From contig CM060734.1 in NCBI GenBank assembly GCA_030704615.1, positions 39,184,001 through 39,248,000 of the forward strand: 64,000 nucleotides of DNA. The letters run 5' to 3'. Position numbers and translations under genes: made by a program. The notes under the pieces are model-generated. The model did no database searches. It saw only the letters and a list, made by a program, of their open reading frames with translations, and was not told where the DNA came from. Positions 25,901 to 36,628 of the stretch are shown here, in pieces. The stretch is from Takakia lepidozioides (Eukaryota; Plantae; Bryophyta). The first letter of the stretch is position 1. Every line of letters begins with the position of its first letter.

Positions 25901-26741
25901 AGCTGACATGTCTGCAACTCCCAGTGCTGGGTCTTGTTTCCAGACAACCCCTTTTGCTCCAATTTTCTAGGCCGAATTGCCAAGGAAGAGGCAGGAACAA
26001 AGAACAACTGTAGAAGAATTGTATGACAGGCAGAGTGTGAAGACAGGTTTGCTGTGTCTTCCTCAAATCTTCTCCTGAACCCTCCCAGGTTTCGCCATCA
26101 TGGGTCCTCGCTGCAATTACCTAGTTCATAATTGTATGTGTTGATCCTTTGGAAGGCCATGGACCCACATCTGCTTGCTGCTGCAGGTAAGGCAGGATAG
26201 GCAAAAGCAGCAGCAATGACTTACACTCATCTCTTAACCAACACATCCGAGACAGGAACAGAGACAGAGAGATGGAAGCAGAAGTGCTGGGGCTGGTGAA
26301 ATTTACCCCAACATCTCCACCACTGCTATTTAATGATGACAATGACAACCCACACAAAATGAAAGAAAATCACTTTGGTCTTTTGTGTCTCTTGATCTCA
26401 GATCCAACAACTTAAAACCTCAAAGAATGAGAGAATTTTCACCCTGTTTACCCCAGCATAAAAAACGCTCTGGTTAGCCCGAGTAAGCTGAAGAAAGTTC
26501 TTGTGCCAGATGAATCCTGATCAAGCAAGAGTCTATTATGGAACCTAAGAAGTAACAGGCCAAGCAGAGTCTGGGGAGCTGTACATTAAAGTAACATGCA
26601 AGCATCACACCCAAAGAAGGGCTTATGTACAAACTGGAAGCAAGACTGCTGCTCTCCTGTGATGGCAAACATGTCCTGGTTGTAGTTGTTTTCTCTTCAC
26701 TATTGCAATCTGAAGCCCCTCAGACTCACCAAAATGCATAA

Positions 26742-29059
26742 CTATGACTCTATAGTGACAGATTGCTGCCTTTCTTCAGCAGAGTCACCAAACAGATCGT
26801 TATCTTCTACCAATACGGCACTACCGTCTGACAGACTCCTCATCAACTGGGGACCTGCCTCCTTACCACTTTCTGGTGTTTCCTTAGTCTTCGCTTCCTT
26901 AATCCCAGGTGAGGTGCCCTCTTCATCTAAAATTAGCCCATCCCCTGACTTTCGGGCAGGGCCTGCCCAGGAGCCTCCCACAACCCCAGCCACCGAATCC
27001 CCATACAAATCGTCATACAAACCACCTTTCCCAGGAAACTTGACCTTATCCAAATATTGCTGCAATCTTTGAGTGACCGCTGGCAACTTTTCTTTCTCCT
27101 CTTTTCCTTTTGCGTCATCATGACCTTTTGGAATGATTGTGACCTGCACTAAAGACTCATACTTCCCAACCAGACTCCCTTCTCTTACACCCACTGGTCC
27201 TGGCTCCGTGCTAACATCAACACCATCCGAGATACCGACCACTTCAACAAGAACCCCTCCATATTCGTCTCTGAATGTAACCCGTGAATTCCGAGCCCGC
27301 TTTGCAGGCCTTTCAGTCTGCTGTTCTTCCTCTCTTGGTCCCTGTGTTGATCCAGAGGAGCTGGGGAATGGAACTCCAAGTCTGTTGAGCGAGGTGTTGT
27401 AAGAAACTAAAGCCTCTTCATCGGAGGGGTCGGGAGGCGGAGGGTATACAAAATTGGCTGGCACCTGTGAAGCTACCCAAGGCGAAGTTGGGGCATTCTT
27501 TCTCAGAACATAGCTTCGGGTTGATGCCCCAAATCGCAGTGACTGGCCTACTTCCAGTTCTACAGGGTTGTCCTTGGAGAGCCGCTCGTTGGCCACAAAT
27601 GTGCCATGCACAGAGCCAAGATCAATGACGTACACACTGCCATCAGTGGTCACCATAATCACATAAGAAACAGAATACATCGGTGGCTGTAAACTCAATT
27701 CAAACCTCCTTACAACTGTAGAGCCAAGGAATATGAAGTAGGTACAAAATGTTCATGCCTCATCCAGCGTACTCACAACTGCTTCTGGTAATTCATTTTG
27801 GGCTGGACAAGATTGGACTTGATTCCACCATCGTACTCACCCCACATGCCCAGGCCTTTCCACTAGAATTCAAACAATAGATTGGGAATAGACCATACAA
27901 AAGAAAGCCCTTTACCCTCCATTCTTGTGGTGTACGATGACTGCATGCTGCCGAGAGACCGATGGATGATCCAAGACATAATCACACATAACCGCTTGGC
28001 GCCCAAAAAGTGCCCGCCGCTTCTCCAAACATATCTTATCCACAATGCCACCCTCCTTCAGCACTTCCAGAAAATAAATGCCAGGCTTTGGCTCCACCGA
28101 CCAATCAGGCGGCTGCCAGTTGGATCCACCTGATCCTGTCGCTGTGCTTGAGGTCTACATCATGACAATGTTGCGCGGAGGCGCACAATAAGAAAATGTT
28201 AACGCTTCCAGATACTCGCACAATCACTCAAGGCACCTCCAGTTTTTGGAACATATGAAACCCTAGCTGAGTGGTGCATGTGAGGCATAAATTCCGCAGT
28301 TTCAAGAGATTTCAGGGCACTTTCCACGATTTCACAGTGTGTGTGCAGGGGGTTCCCCAGCAATGCCTTTAGATGCGATTGGTACCTCAATGCAATTAAC
28401 AAAAACCTACTTCTTTCCACCAGGGTGACCAGGTTGGGCATTGATAACAAGCTTGGTAAGCTTCTGGAAACTGTTAATGAAGATGACAGTGCAGAGGCCC
28501 TGGCTGCAGCAATCAATGAGAATGCCCTCGTTTTGGCTGAGCTGAAATCTCAGCTGAAAGCAAATGTTAAAAAGGGGCAGCAGCAGCAAGCCAGGGATTA
28601 TGAAAGGAGGCACAAAAAGGGGCATGAGTACAGAGAACTTCCAGCCAATGCCTTGGTCAAGATGCTTAGGCCTGGAAAACGAAGTTCAATGACCAGTCCG
28701 TGGGAAGGGCCCTACTCTTTCTTGGGTTACAAGGATCACAATGATCAAGACAAAGAGATGGAGGCGGAGGGGGATCCCGACAAGATCTACCACAAGATAC
28801 ATCGCTTGGGTAACTCGCAGTATAACCTGGCAGGAGGTGACACCCCTGGGATCGAACTGGAAAACAAACAAATCGTGCCAGACTAAAAAGGACATACCGG
28901 AGGTGGTGCTTGAGCGTCGGCTGCCCCTGAGGTGGGGAGGGCATGTGGCTGTGACTGCTCTTTGCGTAGTGTCTGCTTAACGGAGCCGACAGACTTAACA
29001 GAAAACGGCTCTGCCGATTCAGCCTTCTTAAACCTGTTGAGTCCAAATCTGTTCAACAT
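26742..29059 (-). CDS. FHA-domain protein, NIPP1-like (PP1-docking RVTF motif), copy A, 3 exons
   Basis: Exons 29059-28898, 28154-27916, 27636-26742. WQPPDW, FGRQ..CDYVLDHPSVSRQHA, IDLGSVHGTFV, FGASTRSY, YNT.LN, RVTF, DVSTEPGP. Confidence 0.92.
28420..28880 (+). mobile_element. Ty3/Gypsy integrase C-terminal fragment in intron 1 of FHA copy A
   Basis: ..ANVKKGQQQQARDYERR..ALVKMLRPGK..SPWEGPY is a post-integrase coiled region plus GPY/F motif. Absent from the equivalent intron of copy B. Confidence 0.7.
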
Positions 29060-30302
29060 TTCCTAGAATCTTTGATGGCAGAGGAAGCAGTCAATATCCT
29101 CCAACTCCCGCACCACAGTCTAGTCCCAACTCCTCAAATGCCTCCTCCATACAGTGAGTTCTGTCTCTTCAACTCGACCATGCCTGTGTCAGCCATTGTC
29201 CGAGTAACTGTTTTCAACAAATTAAGTGTGCGCACTAAGAATCAGAGCACTATGATGCTCCCTCTTAAAGCTTCATATAAGGGAAGACTAAACCCTAGAG
29301 CGCTGGAGCACGCACACAAAGGATATTGCTGACACGGTCAGACCGCGCTTCTTTGCATCCTCGCCCTCGACAAGCCTTTGGCTCTTGCAATGTGATAGCC
29401 AGGATTCGAACCCAACATCTTTTCTGATCGTGTACATTGGTGGCCAGTGGGTGTGGGGTTCAATCCCCTGTGGTTTCGCCTGTTGACAAATGTTCAAGAA
29501 TCAGGTTCACTACAGTATTTCTCCAGAGGTTCAGGTGCCTACAATATGGAAAAGGGAATACCGTAATAATTAACTAATTTTACATGACTTATAACACTCA
29601 CTGAAGATTTGAACCAACATACCAGAACCAAGAAATGTCATCTGATTTTTGAATAAACCCTAAGTTACTATGGATCAAATGCAGACAATGAATACTCTCA
29701 CTGTCTTCCTATCGACCGTCTAGGAGACTGACCTTCCACTCTCATCAAAATTACTCAAGTAAACAGAGTGGCATCTTTGAAGTTAAGATCACCAACGGAG
29801 TTAACACGAGAATTGAGAAGGAAGCATCAAATATGAACTTTCCAAAGCGCTGTTGCCAGATTCCAGGGCTCTGAAACTCCGTCCCGTTTGTGCACATCCT
29901 TTTGACACAAACTTGAAAAACATCATTTAGAGATTTTTTCAAGTGCTTGGTCTCAAACCTCAGAAAGAGAAGCATGATGAAGGGTGTCAGTATGCTTTAT
30001 TTCAACAAGAATTACCCCCCATGATTCACAGAGTCGCTTTGCCATCTACTATCACTTTCAGTTTCACCAATATATATATGCTTCCAGAAAATAGACTACC
30101 TTGAAGACAGACCTGATTTAGTGTTCTGTTTCTGTAATTTAATTTGCAATACAATTTTTATGAGGGGAACTAGCAAATTCAACATTGTTCCAAAAAGCAG
30201 AGAAGAATTTGTGAATCAACTCCCATAGAATCATCTACTGTACATTTCCACCCAAGGTAGCCGCAACGGATCTAGAATCTACAATGATAATCTCATAGCC
30301 TT

Positions 30303-33300
30303 CTATAGCTTGCCTTCTACAACCAATTCTTGATATTGCCTCCAGCCAGCTCGTGTTACAGGCATAACATGTATTCCTGCCACTCCTACACACATCAACT
30401 CAGTGAGCCCTCTTTGCACAATGCAGAGGTGACTTCAGGATGGTTCAACTTTTGTGACCCTTCACAATTACAAGCTAAACTATACTACAGACAAGGAGTT
30501 CGGGGCCACATTTAAGGCAGGTGGAACATAGTTGCAACACAACACTTCAATCACACCCAAACTGCAGAATGTTGAACACACCAGGTAGACGTCTAATAAA
30601 CTTGATCAGCTGGAAACTCTCCTCATGACAAAAACTGGCAAAGGCAACCAGGTCACCAGCATGTTCAGCCTCCACTCTAGTCCATCGAGCTTTGATTGCA
30701 TCTGCTTCCTTTCCTACGAAGACAAAGAAAATTGGTCACATTAAGCAGAACCCTCCATGATATTCTAGGAGGCTATATATCAGTACATAGTCTTGGGTGC
30801 CTTTAACAGAAGGCATACCCTTACAATAATGTTGAATATTGAACTGCCTGTTCGTACAGACCATCTACCACACATACTGTACTGTGCACCTTTGCAATCT
30901 GATCAATTTGGGATCTAGTATTATCAAGTATCCTACTTTTTATTTATCTCCACAAATAACGGCTTTCACGTTCAATCTCTATTCAAATCAAAAGTACAGG
31001 TAAAATCTGCACCTTGTCCACAAAGACCATTCCCATACACAGACCACACGTCCCAAAAATTGCTATGCTCAATTGCAAATTCAGACCTGATGCCCCCGTC
31101 AGCTCAAGCCAGAATGAGAAACTCCGAGATGAAGTCAACAAAGGGAGACCAACAATCACCGGTACTGCCTTTGTCAATCTGATAAACCAAGGCCACATAA
31201 TATCCCATTATCTGAAGCTTTCAACAAATAATATCCTCGTATGTCACAAACATAGCTAGAGTCACGCAGAGCCACAGTAGACTGAAGCAATTGATTTTTC
31301 CTACTTAGCAGACAGGAGATACCAGGAGCTAGGAGTAAGGTAGCATCTGATCCTCCAGAAATAATGCTCATGTAAAGAATGAAGAAGCACATCAGGAAAA
31401 AGGACAATACAAAGGAAACATCCCGCAATGACTCAACAAATCTTCACTATGTCCATGACCATGTCAAAAGAATCACCAAGTTACTGAGGGGTTTGAGAGA
31501 CAGCCAATACCCTCTCTGTCGTGCTTTGCTCCACCACTCCGCAAAACAATCTGGAAGTAAAGGTGGTTGCACTATAACAGCTTCTGCGCCTGCCTCTATC
31601 TAGAAGAGAGAGACATACATTGGTGAACAATAGGTAGTACATAATCACAAAGATTGCAATCAACACGCCCTAGGTTAGATATCCATTAGACAGGCCCACC
31701 TAAATCCAGCTCTTTGTATATGGATAGTAGCTAGAGTTCTAGAGTATCCATGTCTTACAGTAGATATGCTCCACACAAGTAATCAAGATTGTGAGGACAG
31801 ACTTGTACCACTCTATGTGAAACCTAACCAAATGCATACAGCTTGGGTCTTTATATCATGGCTGTCATCCACAAAGGCACCAAATGTCAACCACATCACA
31901 GCTGCAGGCAGTCAAATTATGATGCCCACTGATTTCAACACTCAACACAACTCTCAGATAATTATGAACAGCTTGTTGATAAATTCGAGGAAACTGTTGT
32001 ACAGAAATCTGCACCAGAAGTTTCTTCAACTTTGTCGAAAGTCTAGGAAGCCGCCAACATAACATAGGCAAGAGACATATAACAGATCAGCAAGCTTGTG
32101 AGAAGATCGCTTATAAACACGAAAGGAGACTACATTCGTTTGTGATGATTAGGCAATGACCTTTTTCTCAAGACGTTCAATGGGATTGATGAGGGGATTC
32201 TCCACACACCAGAGCTGCAGTCCTTGCACAATGAACACAATAATGCAGCATGGTTGTTAGCAGCAGTAAGGTATTGGCACTCCTGCCTTGTGATTGTCAG
32301 ATAAGTAATTCTTTCAAGCAAAGCAGCATGTGAGAAGTACGCATCACCGTACACTTGATTGGAAAGACACAACAGTGGTTCACATAGAATTACCAGGCGA
32401 CAATAGACCCCTCTTTCGAAGTTGATGTGCTGCATGTAACATAGCGAATGAATTTGCTGGAAGCAGGTGGTTGGCAAACCAAACTCTTCTCAAGGGGTGT
32501 CCTGCACATGACCACTATGATAAACTGTTATGAAGTTACCACAGAACCTCTGCAGATCATAAAGTGCTGCTGTCATTCTAGGCACACAACAACATCAGAT
32601 CAACAACAGAATGCACAAGCAAATGCCAAAGTGAGCTTTCTCGATAATCATACAAGCGAGCCCTATAAAGCATCTGACAAAGAACTGGTCAGTCCAGATT
32701 TATGACATCATCTAACAGATCTAAACTGGACAGGAAATCACACACTGACAAGTTATGCTGCCAGCTGGCTAGGTCAGATGTCTATCTTCTTTCGACATGT
32801 AACATAACACAAATATGTCAGGCACCTCTAGCTCATGGATTAGAGGCTCCAATTCCTCTGATATTCCCACTTTACAAGTAAATCTTACCTCCAGATAGAA
32901 GTAGCAGAGAGCCTCCACATCCTGCCACCTCAATGTCCCGAGCAGATTTAATCATGCATTCTTGGAGCTCTGGCAGCGATCTCGTTTGAGCAGCAACTGT
33001 TCTCACTTGCCAACAGTTGAAGCCTTGCAAAGTATCAGAAAGCCCCACTTGGCCATCAGACGATGGCCTACATTCTGTTTTCTTCTCAGCTACACTTGTA
33101 AGCCTTAGGCCCATAAGCAATTGCTTTAAATTGAAAGTGTGGAAGTATTCCATCAGAGAAGCTTTGATTGGTAAGTCTGGAGTTACAACCCCATTGATCG
33201 GTCCGAGTGAAGGGCATCTGCATGTCTACACACAAAACCACAGGCTCACAATTAGAATAAAAAGAGATGTATCGACCACAGTGTACAGCGATTCATAGTC

Positions 33301-34209
33301 ATCTCATACCAGAATTTGAGTGGCAACCTAAGTACACTGTACCGAGCAATGTGCTCCTCTAAAAACTTGAGGAAACAACTGACATGGAATCAACGTTAGT
33401 GGCGGCAGACTTATAAATAGACCATAATAGAAAATGTACCCGAGCTGAAACATTGACAATGTATCTTACCCGATTGCCCTAGGTTTCGGAAATTTTTATG
33501 CTTGCTAAGGAAGTTATTTAAGATACTGAAAACAAGAATTCGAGCTCACAAGTTGAATAATATCAACCCCGGAAATCCCTACGAACCACTCTGGAGCGGG
33601 AAAGTACATTCCAACCTCTGAAGCTCTAAATACAACCAAGTCGGTGACAAAACATGACATTGTGAGGATGTAGATTGACCTACTTACAATGTGAAGTGCT
33701 ATCCTCCCCGAGACCTACTTTACAAACTAAAGACCTTTGGCTTTGACATCCTCACATCATTTTGTTAGCCAAAAACTTCTAAAAGTCTCTTTGTATCTAT
33801 ATGCACCATCCTCTTCATCAAAAGCACATAAGTATCATTCACCCTCCAGACGATGCAGGTGGCAGTAACGCTGATCAACTTCGCATCTTTCGGCCAGAAA
33901 ATGACGTACTGATCATCAAATGGGAGGTCCGGCCAGTGAGGAACCACAAAATACGACAATGAAGGGCAAACCTCTTTGCCGACTCTGTGTAAGCTGTGCA
34001 ATGATAGCCGATTCTATTTGAAAACCTGACGACTGACATTTCAATGATCATAATTTGGGGCTTTATAAAGCGTTGTTTAGTTGTACCTGAAGAACAGGGA
34101 GTGAGGACGAGGACGTTGCAGAAGGAAGCTCAAGGAGGCGGACGAAGGCATGCTGCTCAAAGAGCGATGATCGGGCGCCGGCCATGGCCATAGCAGTGGC
34201 CGTAGCCAT
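30303..34209 (-). CDS. Divergent MTHFR/MetF-like FAD-linked oxidoreductase, catalytic barrel only, probable N-terminal transit peptide; 5' exons uncertain
   Basis: Seven phase-consistent GT-AG exons: ~33217/33225-32889, 32501-32394, 32222-32161, 31599-31511, 31178-31087, 30713-30582, 30385-30303. Translation: GVVTPDLP..VRTVAAQTRSLPELQE..SLLLLSGGHPLRR..LQLWCVENP..IERLEKKIEAGAEAVIVQPP..VPVIVGLPLLTSSRSFSFWLELTG..LPGVAGIHVMPVT..*. Candidate first exon 34209-34087 (MATATAMAMAGARSS..); its link to downstream exons is unresolved. Confidence 0.75.
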
Positions 34210-34828
34210 TGCCAGTCAGAAAAATTGCTGCAAAGAGAGGTTTAGGGTTTAAGGTAAAGGCCACTAGCGTTTTTACGAGACACTTGCACCTCACACGACA
34301 ACTGGAGCTATAATTATCTAGGAATGAGGCTTCTCGCAAGCAGACACATAACACAACTCTACGTGTAATGACATGCAATGACTGGGCAGATGCGGTCCAT
34401 TCACCAGATATGCAAGATGTATCAAGTGTGCCTTCCTAAGAAACACACCTCGTAACACGCTCATTTTTGCTCCTTTGTTGACTACCCTGCCCTGTTGATT
34501 ACGTTGCAACTAAAAGAGAATCCAAGACAAACATGAATCTATAACTATGAATTGAAGAATCACCACGGACATCGCAGGTGATTCACCCTTCTTCAACGAT
34601 CAATAGATCTTCAGAGACAATATGAATCTCATTACTAGCTAATGGAGTTCACTACATGATATGGATTGGCGACTGTAGTCCAGCAGTGATGGTCAGGATA
34701 CCATGGCCACGAGACAGTTAGGTTTTTCTGGCAACAAGTTCACACAGGCGTATGATTCAAGTGAGATAACCCAGCCGCGGGGATGGGGATGGTGCCACGA
34801 GCCCGGTTTTCTCTCTTGGGAAAGGACT

Positions 34829-35053
34829 TGTTCTCACTTGCCAACGGTTGAAGCCTTGCAAAGTATCAGGAAGCCTCATTTGGCCATCAGACGAGGGCCT
34901 AGCCTACAGTCTGTTTTCTTCTCCCCTCCACTTGTAAGCCTTAGGCCCGGAACCAAGTGCTTTAAATTGAAAGAGTGGAATTATTCGATCATAGAAGCTT
35001 TGATTGCTAAGTCTGGAGTTACAACGTTCATTGATCGCTTCCAGTGAAGGGCC
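34829..35053 (-). pseudogene. Duplicated single-exon fragment of the MTHFR-like gene
   Basis: Aligns with 33000-33215 in the same orientation (ttctcacttgccaac.gttgaagccttgcaaagtatcag...taagtctggagttacaac), with a small insertion. Confidence 0.85.
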
Positions 35054-35609
35054 TCTGCCACACGAAAGGGCCTCTGCACTTTTGTGTGGCGGGATCAAGT
35101 TTGTGTTCTTTGTGCCACCCGCAGCCTCGCAATGTAACATGAATTCTAACATTAGCTGCGATTAATTTAGTGCAATATGTACTTCTGAATTAAGTTCCCA
35201 CATTCATGCCTGTGAATTTCCCAGACGTTTCTTGAAATGCATTGGGAGTTGACGAATCACGATTGCAAAAGTGCATGCATACTTAGTGAGAGACGAGCAT
35301 CCCACGCTGGTGCTAGTCTGAAGGACGAGGCACTGTGGCTCGGACCGAGTGCGAGGTTCGGGGCGCCGAAGCAATGCGAGCCGGCAGTTCCACCTCGGTC
35401 GGCCTCCCGAGTGTAGCATTGGTATGGCCTCGCAACGCTGCACTCCACCCACCCCGCGACAATTCCTAGGGCGACAATTCCAAGGGCCTGTAGGTACTCC
35501 GTCTGAGCTTTCCATGCCAGTCGGCCCCCACCTCATGCTTCTCATTCCTTTGCTGCTGTGTACTTTTCGGACGCTGGAGCGATCGCGGAGCACCACGTGC
35601 GCACGCTGC

Positions 35610-36395
35610 TATACATCGAAAGATTCTAAAGCCCGGGAGAATATTCCATAGCCCGAGACAATATTCCATAGCCTAGGACATGCAATGTCTCGGGGTTTTG
35701 TTCCTCAAAAAGAATAACTTTCAACTAAAGAAAGTTGTCGTATCCCACATGCCTCCTGTATCCTATGGGAACGTAAGGGAACATTTTGTGGCCCGAGAGT
35801 GAGCCTTGGACCGGGCCTGGGGTATTTCATGAATCTTTCTAGCCTAGGACAGATTCCTAAAATGATTCTATAGCATAGGCTGGGTCTAGGGTCCAGGGCT
35901 ATCTTATCGCATATACAATTGTCCATACAGTAAACAACTGATCCGTTTATATGATAAGATAGCCCTGGACCCTAGGCCCGAGCCTAGGGTATGAAATCAT
36001 AGGCTAGAAAGATTCCTGAAATACCCCCCCCCCGTGTGCAAGGCTCACTTGCCGGCCACAAAATGTCCCCTTACGTTCCCATAGGATACCCTAGGGCACT
36101 CGGTAGCCCCAGGGAAGGCCCAAAAATTCGGGAATGCCCTCCACTCAAGGCATTACACTGCATAAAGCACGTGCAACAAAAAGGTACAAAAAGGTACGGC
36201 GGGCATTACAGGGGAGTGTAATGCCCCGCCCGCCAAGCGATGAATTCTGGTTTTTGACGGCACGATAAATACAAAGAGAAAAAATGCAAAGTGCTTTATG
36301 AGGAACAAAACCCCCAGACATTGCATGTCCTGGGCTATGGAATATTGTCCCGAGCTTTGGAATCATTAGCCCGGGCTTTGGAATCTTTCAATGTA
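35610..36395. mobile_element. Nested fold-back/MITE-like elements: outer ~95-bp inverted arms (35610-35706 / 36298-36395), inner ~160-bp arms (35758-35920 / 35945-36089)
   Basis: gtatcctatgggaacgtaagggga vs tccccttacgttcccataggatac; ggacatgcaatgtctcggggttttgttcctca vs tgaggaacaaaacccccagacattgcatgtcc. Confidence 0.85.
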
Positions 36396-36628
36396 TGGCT
36401 CGTTTTCCATTCCATCCGCCTCGTCTTCTCCGCCATCGCTGCATCTTCTCCGCCATCGTTGTCTGAGCACCACATTTTAGGCAGCCAGAGAAGGTCACAC
36501 TCTTGTGCGATCTCTAGTTTGCTTGCGGAGGGGAAATAGCATTGTTGTAGGTTCTGAGAGGAAGGATCACCGTGCTTTTCTGAAAGACAGCTGTGTTTTC
36601 TAGTCGAGTTGGTGGAAGGGAAGTCGGA

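Noticed and set aside
34240-34260. Telomere-like tttagggtttaagg
   Set aside because: Only 1-2 units; at most a telo-box in a promoter, not supportable as an interstitial telomere.
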